64,000 nucleotides of DNA from Chloroflexota bacterium (lineage in GTDB: Bacteria > Chloroflexota > Limnocylindria > Limnocylindrales > CSP1-4). Within the stretch, counting starts at the first letter, position 1, and every line of letters begins with the position of its first letter. The notes under the pieces were generated by a model, which made no database searches, had not been told where the DNA came from, and saw only the letters and a program-made list of their open reading frames with translations. The stretch spans positions 2,264 through 66,263 of the forward strand of contig PLZO01000034.1 of assembly GCA_003152165.1 (NCBI GenBank), read 5' to 3'. Both the position numbers and the translations under genes were made by a program. This document shows, piece by piece, positions 1-10,190 of this stretch.

Positions 1-313
1 AAGGCGGCCACGGCCCGCGTGGCCGCCACCAAAGTAATCAAGGGCACCGGGGCAAAGGTCTATGTCAGTAGTCGCCCGGATATGCCCGGGGTGCTGTTAT
101 TCAGTCGGGTCCCGCTGACCGGCCGCCAGGGCAAGAGCTGAAGATCGGACACGGTCCGCCGAGACGCCGGACGCCGACTCCGCCTTGAGGGGATGCCTCG
201 ACCGTCCGCCGGCGAGAGCGATCGGGAGGTAACCACCCGGCCCAGGGGACCCTTCTAAAACAGCTCGTTCGTAACCAGCCGGGTCCTCGGTTCAAATCCG
301 AGCGTCGGCTCCA
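1..313 (+). ncRNA. tmRNA (ssrA)-like 3' domain, partial (5' end lies upstream of window)
   Basis: T-arm ctcgg-ttcaaat-ccgag (286-302), acceptor 3' strand cgtcggc, discriminator t and CCA (303-313). Motif GCCTTGAGGGGATGCC at 183-198 resembles the 3' domain of mycobacterial ssrA. No matching 5' acceptor strand inside the window and too long for a tRNA, so a tmRNA whose 5' part is upstream is favoured. Confidence 0.4.
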
Positions 314-342
314 GCTTGTCCCGATCAAGGAAGCCGAGCCGT

Positions 343-1395
343 ATGCATGCGCTCAACGTCTCGCCGGCGTGCCTGCCCGTGGCCGACGCTCGGCGGCCCC
401 GGATCGGTCGAGCCATCCTCGGGGCGATGCTCGCCGCCGGGCTATTCGAGGTCTTTGCATTCGGAACGAAGGAGTTCCGGCCGCTCGGTGACCACGCGCC
501 ATGGATGGACGATCCGTACGACGTGGTGACCTCGTTCGCGATGTTCTTTCTCCCGATCGTCGGCGGCTTCTCGGCCGTTCGGCTGATGCTCTGCCGGCGC
601 TTAGAGCCCCTGCCACTGAGCCGCCTGGTTGACCTCGTCCACGGTTGCAATGTGCTCCTAGTCATCGCCATCGTCACGGCGGGATCCGATTGGATCGCCG
701 TGATCCTTGGAGCTGATCGCGGGTCCTGGAGCACGGTGACGCCCGCGCTCGTCGGTGCACTCGGCATCTTCACTGCTGGCCTGGCGCTCGGCGCCCTTGG
801 CCTGATCAGCGAGATCCGTCGGATGCCCACATTCGACCGGGCCGACCCGACTGCGTCTGATTGGCTCGCCGACGCCACCGCGCTGGCGAGCCGCATGAGC
901 CAGCGCCTGGGGCCGCTCGAACCGATCGGCACCGGCATCGTTCGGGCCGTCGATCGCTGGGCTTGGGCTTGGGTTCGGCGCCGACCAATCACGGCCGCCG
1001 TGCTGACGGCTGCAGGGTTCGCCGCCCTGTTCGATGTCGGTTCGCTCCGGGAGGGCTATTCGCTCCCGCTCCTTGTCTTCGTGCTCGTCGTCGCCTGGTG
1101 CGGGATGTTCGCCTTCCTCGTTGCTGTCGGGTCGTATCTGGGACTTGTTCGGTCGTCAGCTCGCCGCCCGGGGGCCAGCCGTCGGCAGCTCGACGCTGCG
1201 CTCCTTGGCTGCGCGAGCGTCCCGATCGTGTTGGCCTTCAGAGACTCACTCTGGGGGCTCGTCGGTACTTCGACGAGCCAAGCGGGTCTCGCCGACCTCG
1301 ATCGGCTCTTGATCTTCGTCGCGGCGTCGGTGATCTGCGCGACGCTTGTGACCGAGTCCATCGCCCATGTCCACGAGGCTTTGGGTCCGATGTAG
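343..1395 (+). CDS. polytopic integral membrane protein, unknown function
   Basis: ORF 316..1395 with about 8 hydrophobic segments. ATG at 343 preceded by aaggaag. No recognisable catalytic motif. Confidence 0.55.
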   Translation: MHALNVSPACLPVADARRPRIGRAILGAMLAAGLFEVFAFGTKEFRPLGDHAPWMDDPYDVVTSFAMFFLPIVGGFSAVRLMLCRRLEPLPLSRLVDLVHGCNVLLVIAIVTAGSDWIAVILGADRGSWSTVTPALVGALGIFTAGLALGALGLISEIRRMPTFDRADPTASDWLADATALASRMSQRLGPLEPIGTGIVRAVDRWAWAWVRRRPITAAVLTAAGFAALFDVGSLREGYSLPLLVFVLVVAWCGMFAFLVAVGSYLGLVRSSARRPGASRRQLDAALLGCASVPIVLAFRDSLWGLVGTSTSQAGLADLDRLLIFVAASVICATLVTESIAHVHEALGPM

Positions 1396-1827
1396 GCAGG
1401 CTCAGCCCCGGCCCGGTGCTCGGCCATCCACACAATCAACTCATCGCGTGGCAGCGAGGCTGTCGGCCGGAGCCGGTTCTATGCGGTCCGCCGTTCCAAC
1501 AGAAACAGGACTGCCGCCAATGCGAGCAGAACGAAGCCGGCGATCGCGACCGGCCGCCGCCTGCCGACTTCGGCCGACAGCGATGAGAAACGCAGAGATG
1601 ATCGCGAGGACCCATGCTGCGCGAGCCATCGCTGGACATCCTCCTCCTCGATGGGTGGTTTGAGATCAACGGGATCTGGTCCCGGCGGTCGTCAATGTCG
1701 CCGCGTTTCTCCTCGTCACGCTGATGACTCGGATCCGGCGCCGAGCGGTTCTCATACCCGTCTCAGGACAGCCAGCGATACCCTGAGCGCGAACGGCGCC
1801 CAGCCGACGAAGAAGGAGGCATCTCCG

Positions 1828-2361
1828 ATGGAGCGAGCGCTCGTCCGCGCCGTCATCTTGGCGGCCGGACTGATCCTTGTTGTTGGAGCCTGCACCGCGA
1901 CGGCCTCGCCGTCTCCGACGACCCCGCCGGCAAGTCCGTTGCCGTCCCTGGTGACCGCGGCGTCGCTTCCGCCGGTCCAACCGACGGCGGCCCCGACGGC
2001 GATCTCCTCGCCGGTCCCCTCCGCTTCACCGGCTCCGTCGGCCCCAGCGGGCCTCGCCGGGACGTGGAATGGGACGTGGCAGGACGTGACGCCTGACCAG
2101 GTGGCCGGCACATTCGCCCTGACCTGGACACAGAACGGGAGCACTCTGACTGGCAGCATCCTCGTCAAGGGGACTCCGTGTCTCACCGCCGCGGCCGTGA
2201 GCGGCACCATCAACGGGAGCACGATCAGTTTCGGAGCGGTCTCGGGTACCCAAACAGTCGTCTACGACGGCTCGATCAGCGGCACCACGATGACGGGGAC
2301 CTACACTGCCCCAGCCGCCTGCGTCGATGCCAAGGGCACCTGGACGGCCACCAAGAAGTAG
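1828..2361 (+). CDS. secreted lipoprotein with Pro/Ser/Thr-rich linker
   Basis: ATG 1828 preceded by gaaggagg. Signal peptide MERALVRAVILAAGLILVVGAC with lipobox VGAC, then a PT-rich low-complexity linker and a C-terminal beta-rich domain. Confidence 0.65.
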   Translation: MERALVRAVILAAGLILVVGACTATASPSPTTPPASPLPSLVTAASLPPVQPTAAPTAISSPVPSASPAPSAPAGLAGTWNGTWQDVTPDQVAGTFALTWTQNGSTLTGSILVKGTPCLTAAAVSGTINGSTISFGAVSGTQTVVYDGSISGTTMTGTYTAPAACVDAKGTWTATKK

Positions 2362-2843
2362 GTCGGGCGACCGTCCCGGCTCGGACGGCCGTGGACGTTC
2401 AAATGCCGACACCATTCACTCATAGCGTCGGCGCCAAGAAACCGCCGGGCACGAACCACCCTACTTGCGCCCATGTTGCACAGGCGGCGGAGAATGGCTG
2501 GGGTCGTCGTTAGCAGCAGGAGCGCAAGCGGTGTCAGAAGAACAGACCACAGACCAAGTCGGATCGGTCACCGGGAGTGCCCGCGATGCGACCGCGGCCG
2601 GCGACGCCGATGCCTTGGACCTTGCCAACCGGCTGAAAGCGATCGTAGCCGAACTCGAGACGGGCGTGCCCACCGAGCCGGGTGACCGATTGACGCCGAG
2701 CGAGAAGTTGCGGGCGATCGCCGACCTGATCGACGCGCGGCAACCGCGGCGCCACCGACCGAGAGCTAGGCGGCCTCAGCCGCTGCAACCGCCACCGGAC
2801 GCGACCGAGACAGGCCCCAGGTTCATCCGCAAGGGAGCGAGCA

Positions 2844-3080
2844 ATGAACGCCGAGACCACCGACGAGACCGTCGCCGAGTGGCTGTCGATGGCCGAGAAC
2901 CTGCGGGCGATCACGGCCGGGATCAAGACCGAAATCGAGATCAATGGCGGGGATGTCCGCGAGCCTGGCTACGAGGCGTCGATCAGGAGGCTCGAACAGG
3001 TCGCCGACTCCATCGAACAGCGTGGACGCGAGTACGCTGCGGCCCTCGCGCCTCACGGAGGCTTGGCCGATTCCATTTGA
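2844..3080 (+). CDS. small hypothetical protein (paralogous to a decayed ORF just upstream)
   Basis: 78-aa charged ORF. It shares the motif L-[KR]-A-I-[VT]-A-x-[LI]-[EK]-T with the ORF fragment at about 2531-2790 (LKAIVAELETGV vs LRAITAGIKTEI). Confidence 0.3.
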   Translation: MNAETTDETVAEWLSMAENLRAITAGIKTEIEINGGDVREPGYEASIRRLEQVADSIEQRGREYAAALAPHGGLADSI

Positions 3081-3678
3081 TCTCGGCCCTGCTAACACGA
3101 TGATGTCGTCGTGGGGGCGAGAGGCCGCCTAACGGGTCCCCTGCCTGCGCTCGCCAAGCCGTGGCCCAGCACCGAGGCGTCTGAAACAGCGCCCAGGCGC
3201 AGTGCGTGCCGCCGAAGCAGCCCGCGAGATCCTTGCGCGGCTGGGCGCGGGGCCGTTTCTCGATCGGCTCGAGGCGGCCGTGGCGCGTCCCTCGTCGTTC
3301 CGGATATGGAGTCAGGACTGGAGGACGGCCTGCGCCTCGCGGATCTCCGTAATCGGATCTCCGTGGCGGTGGATGATCTCCCAAGCGGCCTGTTCACGGC
3401 GCAAGACTGAGTCACGCGCACAGCGAGTGGAGCCGGCTGGTCGCGGCCTTCGACCAGCACCTCGCCGCGTTCGATCCACACGGCATAGGCCAGGTCACCG
3501 CTCGCGCCCGCGGCCAGCTCCTCGCTCGCGGACAGCTCACCACCGTCGTCGTCCGGCCGCGGGAAACCCCCGAGCGCATCGCGTCACGCGCTCAGGAGCG
3601 GCCAAGGTCGGTCGCGGCGACCGGTGTGGTCTGCCGCGTAGCTCAATCGCACATGCTGACGGGCCGGTCGACGTTGGG

Positions 3679-4287
3679 TCACAGCTTGCCGAGCGCGTCG
3701 AGGGCGAGGGTCTTGTTGGCGGCCTCGATCGCCCCATCGGACGAGCCGACTGGGAGGACCACCGCCGCCGTGTAGGCCTGTCCGCCTTTCTCAAACGTCA
3801 GGTTCGTCGAAACGCCGAGCCCGGTGATCGAGGAGTAGCAGGCCCCGTTTCCGATGCCGCTCAACTGTGTGATCGTGATCCCAGCCGCGGCATTCGACGT
3901 GCCGCCGCACAGGCTTGAGAAGGCCGTGCCGACGTCGATCGTGATGGTTGCCTGTTCACTCGGCACGCCACTCGACGGATACAACCAGGTACACCCCCGC
4001 GACCCCGAGGGCTGGCCCGGGCCGATCGATACGCCGAGTACGGCGCCGACCTCCGCTGGCGTCAGCAACGAGCAGGGGTCGGCTGTGGATCCGCCGCCCG
4101 GCGCGGCGGTCGCAGCGGATGCCGGTGTGCCGCTCGTGGGGGCCACGCTCGAGCCTCCACCTCCCGCGGCGGTCGGCGTTGGATTGGCACTCGAGCTGCA
4201 GGCGCCCGCTAGGAGACCGACGAGCAGGGCCACCGCGATGCCACGGCCGGCGGCCGTCGCCCATGCTCCGTTTGGGGTCGGGCGTAC
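3679..4287 (-). CDS. DUF3558-like lipoprotein
   Basis: Signal peptide ...GRGIAVALLVGLLAGAC-SSS lipobox. Mature part has DPCSLLTPAEV...GC...C pattern typical of actinobacterial DUF3558 lipoproteins. Start probably GTG near 4287 (the ORF track extends to 4413). Confidence 0.5.
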   Translation of the reverse strand, partial: VRPTPNGAWATAAGRGIAVALLVGLLAGACSSSANPTPTAAGGGGSSVAPTSGTPASAATAAPGGGSTADPCSLLTPAEVGAVLGVSIGPGQPSGSRGCTWLYPSSGVPSEQATITIDVGTAFSSLCGGTSNAAAGITITQLSGIGNGACYSSITGLGVSTNLTFEKGGQAYTAAVVLPVGSSDGAIEAANKTLALDALGKL

Positions 4288-4439
4288 CGAAGGGGGCCCG
4301 GCACGGTGGTCAGCCCAGGCGTCAGGCGAGGTTCCTTCGGCTTCAAGCTGGTGCTCAGGCCCGAGCACGAAGCGATTCATGCGACCCCTCCTTCTGCACC
4401 AAAGTGTCGGCAACCCGGGTCACGGCCCGACGATCATAC

Positions 4440-4770
4440 GAGCCGTATGCCGCTAATCCAAGTGCCCAGATCAAGATCAGTCCGGAGGGTCACCTCGAGC
4501 TGATCCGCTGGGCTCGTCGGTGGCGGGATCGGACGTGGGCGCTCGAGGACTGCCGCCACCTGACCCGACGCCTTGGAGCGGATCTGCTCAAAGGTGGGCG
4601 AGCAGGCGGTGCGCGTGCCACCCAAGCTTATGGCCGGCAGGACGGCGTGGAGCGCGAACTGCGCCTGCTCGTCGACTACCGGGTGGACCTGATCATCGAG
4701 CGGACCCGTCACCAGGCGCGGCTGCGCTGGTTCCTCGTCGAGCCATGTCAAGCGGGGACACAATTGGGGA
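4440..4770 (+). pseudogene. IS110-family transposase, N-terminal-region fragment (decayed)
   Basis: Translation GHLELIRWARRWRDRTWALEDCRHLTRRLGADLL ... PKLMAG (frame break) ... ERELRLLVDYRVDLIIERTRHQARLRWFL matches the conserved N-terminal DEDD-transposase region of IS110/IS116/IS902 elements. It has an internal deletion/frameshift and no start. Confidence 0.6.
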
Positions 4771-4999
4771 TTAGGGGGTCGCCGCCGCACGACCGGGCGG
4801 GCAACATCGCCCCATGAGGGGATAGGAACTCGAGCATCACGACTGGGGCCCGGATCACCCCCCATTTGAGGGATCACAAGGCCCTGCGCGGGTACTCGCC
4901 GACACTCGGCGCGACGAATGGAACCGCTGTGGCACCGGGGGCGTCTCCTGAGCATCCGGCCGCAGGTGCCGATCGCCACTGATCTCAGGAGCTACCTCG

Positions 5000-5677
5000 A
5001 TGGACCGCCTCGGCACTCCCCGAACCCTGATTGCCCGGCGACGCGCCGGCCTGCTCGTTCCCGTCTTGGCTATCCTGCTCGGCGGCTGTTCGGCGGCTGG
5101 GACACCTTCGAGTACACCCCAGTCGACGACTCCTGCCAGCTCCGAGCTGGGTGCCCCAGCCATCGGTGCCCCGGCTGCCAGCCTGGTCGGGCCGGGGGTC
5201 GCCCCGATCTCAAACGGGACGGCAACGAGCGGCGGGAGCGCAGGTGCGGGTTCCTCGGGCAGCGGGTCGGCGAGCGGCGCGATGATCTATCCGTATCCGG
5301 GCTTCGGCGGCAGCGCCGGTCTCGCCCCCGATCATGAGCTCGTCGTCAGCGGGACCGGCTGGGCGAGTGTGAAGGTTGATCTGAGCAACCGTGCCTCGGC
5401 CCAGCGCGATGCTCTGGCGGCCGCCCTGGCCGATGCGAAGTCGCAGGCCGTGGCGGCTGCTTCCGATGCCGGGGTCACCCTCGGCGGGGTCGTCTCGCTG
5501 AGCGTCTCGGTCGGCGGGAACTACGCGGTGCCGATCGGCGTGGTCGAATCGCCCGTGACTGGACCATCGACCGGCGGCGCCACGGCCGTCCCACCCGCGA
5601 CCACCGGATCCGCTCCGAACGAGCCGACAACCGAGCAACTCGAGGTCACGGTCACGGTCGCCTACTCGATCAGCTAG
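5000..5677 (+). CDS. lipoprotein with SIMPL (DUF541)-like domain
   Basis: Lipobox LLGGCSA, Gly/Ser-rich linker, then LVVSGTGWASVKVDLSNRASAQRDALAAALADAKSQAVAAASDAGVTLGGVVSLSV, resembling SIMPL/BP26 family. Confidence 0.55.
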   Translation: MDRLGTPRTLIARRRAGLLVPVLAILLGGCSAAGTPSSTPQSTTPASSELGAPAIGAPAASLVGPGVAPISNGTATSGGSAGAGSSGSGSASGAMIYPYPGFGGSAGLAPDHELVVSGTGWASVKVDLSNRASAQRDALAAALADAKSQAVAAASDAGVTLGGVVSLSVSVGGNYAVPIGVVESPVTGPSTGGATAVPPATTGSAPNEPTTEQLEVTVTVAYSIS

Positions 5678-6015
5678 TGTCGCGAATCGAAATTAGCTGG
5701 GCGCCTGCGGACCGCCTTGGCGAGGATCTCGTCGGCGGTCTTGACCCAGACGAACGGCGTCGCGCCGATGGTCCAGTTGGCGGTGAACAGCTCGATCTTG
5801 GCGATGAGCTCGTTGACCGAACCGACGCTGCCCCGGCGGAGCGCCCCTCGGGTGAGGATCCCGAACCACGTCTCGACCTGGTTCATCCACGACGCCGAGG
5901 TCGGGGTGAAATGGAAGGTGATCCGCGGATGACGCTCGAGCCAGGCGCGAACGTCGGGCGTCTTGTGGGACGACACGCCCTCGAGGACGACGTGGAGGAT
6001 CGTAGTTGCGATCGT
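5674..6015 (-). pseudogene. IS630-family transposase, C-terminal fragment
   Basis: ...SSHKTPDVRAWLERHPRITFHFTPTSASWMNQVETWFGILTRGALRRGSVGSVNELIAKIELFTANW...PFVWVKTADEILAKA is the IS630/Tc1-like DDE C-terminal region. The N-terminal about 230 aa are absent. Confidence 0.7.
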
Positions 6016-6329
6016 CATAATCGTCTCTCTATTTCCGCAAGGTGACACTAGCTGATCGAAACAAACCGCCGGCCCTTGACGCTCAACTAGGAACTGTGAG
6101 GACCAACGCGTCGTGCCCTTGCCGAAAGGGCCCTGTCCATAGAGAAGCATCGTCGGCAGGCAAAAGACCAGTCTTGTCGTGGCGGATCGTGTCTTCTACC
6201 ATGCCCGCGGAGGCACCCGGGCAGTGGGTTGATACTCCGGCATCGTCGGCGGGCAGCTGGATGTGAGCGCGGCACCCCGACCGTGAGAGGTCGTCACCGA
6301 GAAGTTGGTGGCGGCGGAGGGAGGCGGGT

Positions 6330-7772
6330 ATGGTCGAGCCGAGCGGTACTCCCGGACCCGAGGTCGGTGGGGAAGAGATCCTCGAGGCCCTGGGCTACAA
6401 GCAGGAACTGAGCCGAGCGATCGGTGTAGCCGGCACCCTTGCTCTGGTCCTGTCGGACATCACCCCGACCGCGTCCTTGCTGGTGATCGGACCCGTCGTC
6501 ATTGCAACGGCTGGCTCCGGCTCCCTGCTTGCCTATCTGCTCGGCTGCTTTATCGCCATTGCCGTCGCCCTATGCATGGGCGAGCTCGGTTCCATGTTTC
6601 CGGTGGCCGGCGGCCTCTATTCGATCGTGACCCGGGTCCTTGGCCGTCCGCTCGGATTCCTCGCCCTGCTCGACTACATCGGCCAGGCGATTTTCCTGCC
6701 GGCAAGTGTGGCGATCGGCATCGGTGTCTACGTCCAGGCCCTCAACCCGAACATTCCCTCGAACCTCGCCGCGGGCGTTGTGATGGTCTTGGTGACCCTC
6801 CTGGCGATCCTGAAGATCAACTTCAATGCCGTGGTCACTGGGATCTTTCTGTTGATCGAGCTGATCGTGGTGTCGGTGCTTGCCCTTGCCGGGTTCACCC
6901 ACCTCCACCAGCCCCTCTCGATCCTGACCAGCCCAGTGATGAGCGACGGGACCGCGGTTGGACTGGGCCTCGTATTCACCGCCGTCGCAACCGCGATGTT
7001 CTCGGTCAACGGCTACGACTCCGCGATCAACTTCTCAGAGGAGACCAAGGGCTCGGCGGCGCACGTTGGTCAGGCGGTGGTCATCGCGGCCCTGATCGGA
7101 ATCGGGTTCGAACTCATCCCGTTCATCGGGATCGTGTTCGGCGCACCCGACATGGCCAAGTTCATCCAGTCACCAACCCCACTCACCGACGTGGCCCGCT
7201 CGGCCTTTGGCGACACATTCGTCAACATCATCACCTATGGGGCGATCCTGGCGATCTTCAATGCCTCCCTGGCAATCACCCTCCAGTTCGCCCGAATCGT
7301 CTGGTCCAGCGGGCGTGACCGAGCGTGGCCCGGGCCGATTAGCGACGCGATCGCCCGGGTCCATCCGACGCTCCGCTCGCCCTGGGTCGCAACGCTGCTC
7401 GTGGGTGGACTGGCGACCATTCTGTGTATCCAGTCGAGTCTCGTCGCCGTGGTCACCTTCACGGCCGTGCTCCTCATCCTGCTGTACGCCTTGATCGCGA
7501 TCTCGGCCCTCGTCAGCCGGGTCCAGCAGAAGGGCCTGCCCCGACCATACAAGATGCCGTTCTGGCCGATCCCGCCGATCATCGCCCTGGTCGGTACCGG
7601 GATCGCGATCACGCAGCAGAAGCAAACCGACTTGATCATTGTCGGAGTGATCATCGTGGTCGGCGTCATCTACTACTTCGGATTCCTCCAGCCACGCAAG
7701 GACCGCTACTGGAGCATGACGACCGACCCAGCCACTGAACTCGCCAAACTCGAGGCCGAGCGCAAGGGCTGA
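6330..7772 (+). CDS. APC-family amino acid/polyamine permease
   Basis: 480 aa, 12 predicted TM segments, N-terminal region GVAGTLALVLSDITPTASLLVIGPVV...GELGSMFPVAGGLYS typical of the APC superfamily. Confidence 0.85.
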   Translation: MVEPSGTPGPEVGGEEILEALGYKQELSRAIGVAGTLALVLSDITPTASLLVIGPVVIATAGSGSLLAYLLGCFIAIAVALCMGELGSMFPVAGGLYSIVTRVLGRPLGFLALLDYIGQAIFLPASVAIGIGVYVQALNPNIPSNLAAGVVMVLVTLLAILKINFNAVVTGIFLLIELIVVSVLALAGFTHLHQPLSILTSPVMSDGTAVGLGLVFTAVATAMFSVNGYDSAINFSEETKGSAAHVGQAVVIAALIGIGFELIPFIGIVFGAPDMAKFIQSPTPLTDVARSAFGDTFVNIITYGAILAIFNASLAITLQFARIVWSSGRDRAWPGPISDAIARVHPTLRSPWVATLLVGGLATILCIQSSLVAVVTFTAVLLILLYALIAISALVSRVQQKGLPRPYKMPFWPIPPIIALVGTGIAITQQKQTDLIIVGVIIVVGVIYYFGFLQPRKDRYWSMTTDPATELAKLEAERKG

Positions 7773-7774
7773 CC

Positions 7775-8902
7775 ATGTCTCCCTTAGAGGCGACCAACGA
7801 GCCACGCGGGCGGATTCGCGAGTTCGGGTTGGTCGTTGGCCGACATCCGGCCGGCCCGCACAACGCGATCACGGACGTTCCTGGGGTGCGCGTCGGTCAT
7901 CGGACGGTGATCCGGGGCGAGCCCGGTGGTTCGGAATCGGTCATCCGGAGCGGCGTCACTGCGGTGATCCCCCACGGTGGCGACCTGTTCCGCGAGCGCG
8001 TCTACGCCGCGACATCGGTGTTCAACGGCTACGGCGAGGTGACCAGCAACATCGTCATCGACGAGTGGGGCATGATCGGTAGCCCGATCGTGATCACCGA
8101 CACGACCCATATCGGCCTCGGCTACGACGCCGTCTGCCGCTACATGGCCGACCGGGATGCCGCCGTCGGCGACCTCGACGTCGTGATCCCGGTCGTCGCC
8201 GAATGTGACGATGGGTTCCTGAACGATAACCGTGCCTTCGGCTTGGCCCGCGAGGATTTCTTCGCGGCGCTCGACGGAGCATCCGAGGGTCCGGTTCCAG
8301 AAGGCGCGGTGGGCGGCGCGACGGGCACCCAGCAATTCGACTTCAAGGGTGGCATCGGCACCGCCTCGCGGGTCCTCGACCTCAAGGGCCAATCCGTCAC
8401 CGTGGGCGTCCTGGTCAATACGAACTATGCGAACCGGCACCAACTCGAGATCCGGGGCGTCCCGGTCGGGCGCGAGATCACCGACCTGATGCCCGAGTAT
8501 CACAAGGAAGGTTCGTGCATCGCTGTGGTGGCCACCGACGCGCCACTCCATCCGCGCCAGCTCCGCCGGCTCGCCCGGCGGGTCGACGTAGGGCTGGCCC
8601 GGACTGGCTCGGTCGGCAACGATGGCTCGGGCGAGATCTTTATCGCCTTCTCCACGGCGAATCGGATTCCGCGGGAGACTCCTCGCCTGGGCCATCCGGT
8701 GGAGGTGATGGCCGAGGGCCAGTTCTGGACGCAGGGCTCGCCCATGGATCGGCTCTTCGAGGCCGTCGCAGACGCCACCGAGGAGGCCGCCCTCAATGCC
8801 CTGTTCCAGGCAACGACGATGCGCGGCCGGGACGGCCACGTACTCCACGCCCTGCCCATCGGCCGGACGCTCGACCTGCTGCACACCTGGAGGATCCTGT
8901 GA
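7775..8902 (+). CDS. peptidase S58 / DmpA-family L-aminopeptidase (D-Ala esterase/amidase)
   Basis: 375 aa. ITDVPGVRVGH...SGVTAVIPHGG...NGYGEVT...GSPIVITDT pattern of DmpA/ArgJ-fold P1 aminopeptidases. Start 3 nt after the permease stop. Confidence 0.75.
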   Translation: MSPLEATNEPRGRIREFGLVVGRHPAGPHNAITDVPGVRVGHRTVIRGEPGGSESVIRSGVTAVIPHGGDLFRERVYAATSVFNGYGEVTSNIVIDEWGMIGSPIVITDTTHIGLGYDAVCRYMADRDAAVGDLDVVIPVVAECDDGFLNDNRAFGLAREDFFAALDGASEGPVPEGAVGGATGTQQFDFKGGIGTASRVLDLKGQSVTVGVLVNTNYANRHQLEIRGVPVGREITDLMPEYHKEGSCIAVVATDAPLHPRQLRRLARRVDVGLARTGSVGNDGSGEIFIAFSTANRIPRETPRLGHPVEVMAEGQFWTQGSPMDRLFEAVADATEEAALNALFQATTMRGRDGHVLHALPIGRTLDLLHTWRIL

Positions 8903-9936
8903 CTGACTCTCCTGCGCCGCTCGCCGAGCGCTTCGTCCAGGACCCGGCGTCCTACGCCTGGACCTTTGGCGGCTATGACCCGATCCGCCGGGTGAAGCCC
9001 GGCGAGGTTCTCGACTTGTTCGTCGAGGACTGCTTTGCTGGGCGGATCCGGAGTACCGCGGATCTGCCTTCGAAGTCGATTGAGTTCCCGTTCATCAATC
9101 CCCAGACCGGGCCGTTCTACGTGGAGGGTGCCGAACCCGGCGACACGCTCGCGGTCCACCTGATCGACGTCCGGCCGGCCCGCGACTGGGCGGTCAGCGC
9201 TCACGTCCTCTTCTTCGGCTCCCTGACTGGCACGCGCTACACGGCCGGGCTCCAGGAGGCGCTCCCGGAGAAGGTCTGGCTCTACCGGGTCGACGCCGCG
9301 GCCAACGAGCTGACGTTCGATGCCCTTGAATCCGACTTCGAAATGCGCCTGCCGCTCGAGCCGTTCCACGGCACGATCGGGGTGGCACCGGCCGCCTTCG
9401 AGGTCCGCAATGTGCTCGTGCCCGAGGCGTTCGGGGGCAACATGGACTCGCCCGATGTGAAAGCCGGAACCACGATCTACCTCGGGGTGAACGTGCCCGG
9501 AGCGTTGTTCTCGCTCGGCGACGGCCACTACCGGATGGGCGAGGGCGAAGTCTGCGGCGCGGCCGTCGAGGGCGCGATGAACACGATCCTCACCGTCGAA
9601 GTCATCAAGGGCGTCTACTGCGAGTGGCCCCGTTTCGAAGACGACGACTCGATCATGGTCGCGGGTTCGTATCGGCCACTCGAGGACGCCTTCCGAATCG
9701 CCCATAGCCAACTCGTGAAGTGGATTTCGGCATCCGCTGGCCTGTCGATGTCTGACACGTACCAACTGGTCTCACAGATCGCCACGTCGAGGATCGCGAA
9801 CGTGGTCGATCCGAACTACACGATCGTGGCCCGAGCCCCGAAGCGGTTCTTGCCCCGGGACATTCCGTGGATGGGTGGCGTCCACGATCGCCTTCGGACG
9901 ATCGGGCGGACCGTCCTCGCGACCCAGGGACGGTGA
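8899..9936 (+). CDS. acetamidase/formamidase (FmdA_AmdA) family amidohydrolase
   Basis: GTG 8899 after ggagga, overlapping previous stop (GTGA). 345 aa with ...FPFINPQTGPFYVEGAEPGDTLAVHLIDV...NMDSPDVKAGTTIYLGVNVPGALFSLGDGHYRMGEGEVCGAAVE characteristic of formamidases. Confidence 0.8.
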   Translation: MTDSPAPLAERFVQDPASYAWTFGGYDPIRRVKPGEVLDLFVEDCFAGRIRSTADLPSKSIEFPFINPQTGPFYVEGAEPGDTLAVHLIDVRPARDWAVSAHVLFFGSLTGTRYTAGLQEALPEKVWLYRVDAAANELTFDALESDFEMRLPLEPFHGTIGVAPAAFEVRNVLVPEAFGGNMDSPDVKAGTTIYLGVNVPGALFSLGDGHYRMGEGEVCGAAVEGAMNTILTVEVIKGVYCEWPRFEDDDSIMVAGSYRPLEDAFRIAHSQLVKWISASAGLSMSDTYQLVSQIATSRIANVVDPNYTIVARAPKRFLPRDIPWMGGVHDRLRTIGRTVLATQGR

Positions 9937-10190
9937 CCCAGCCGCCCTCCGACGTCGCTGTCATTGGCGGAGGCATCGTCGGTGTCGCGACGGCCGATCG
10001 CGCAACCCAGCCTGTGTCCGGATGCGCCGGAGGCTATCCGGCCAACTAGCACCCCGTCCCGCCAAATCGGCTAGTTCTGATGGGGGAGTGACTCGGGGTC
10101 ATCGAGGGGAAGACCGCGAGCGGTAGACTTGGCGTGCACGAGTGCGGGTTGGAGCCATGCCGACCCGGCGTGCCGGAGGAGGGGTGCGCT

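Noticed and set aside
238-313. Stand-alone 76-nt tRNA ending at the CCA
   Set aside because: No 5' acceptor strand complementary to cgtcggc at the expected position and no anticodon-arm fold. A tmRNA 3' domain explains the T-arm better.
3202-3918. 238-aa plus-strand ORF (Arg-rich) and several other ORFs in 3.1-3.5 kb, including a possibly frameshifted minus-strand reading (…YAVWIERGEVLVEGRDQPAPLAV…)
   Set aside because: Compositionally non-protein-like or broken by a local 13-nt duplication. Could be a pseudogene but I cannot assign it.
7784-9765. Long minus-strand ORFs (7784-8884, 8500-9765) antisense to the DmpA and formamidase genes
   Set aside because: Arg/Pro/Gly-rich low-complexity translations typical of high-GC antisense frames. 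The plus-strand genes have strong family motifs.
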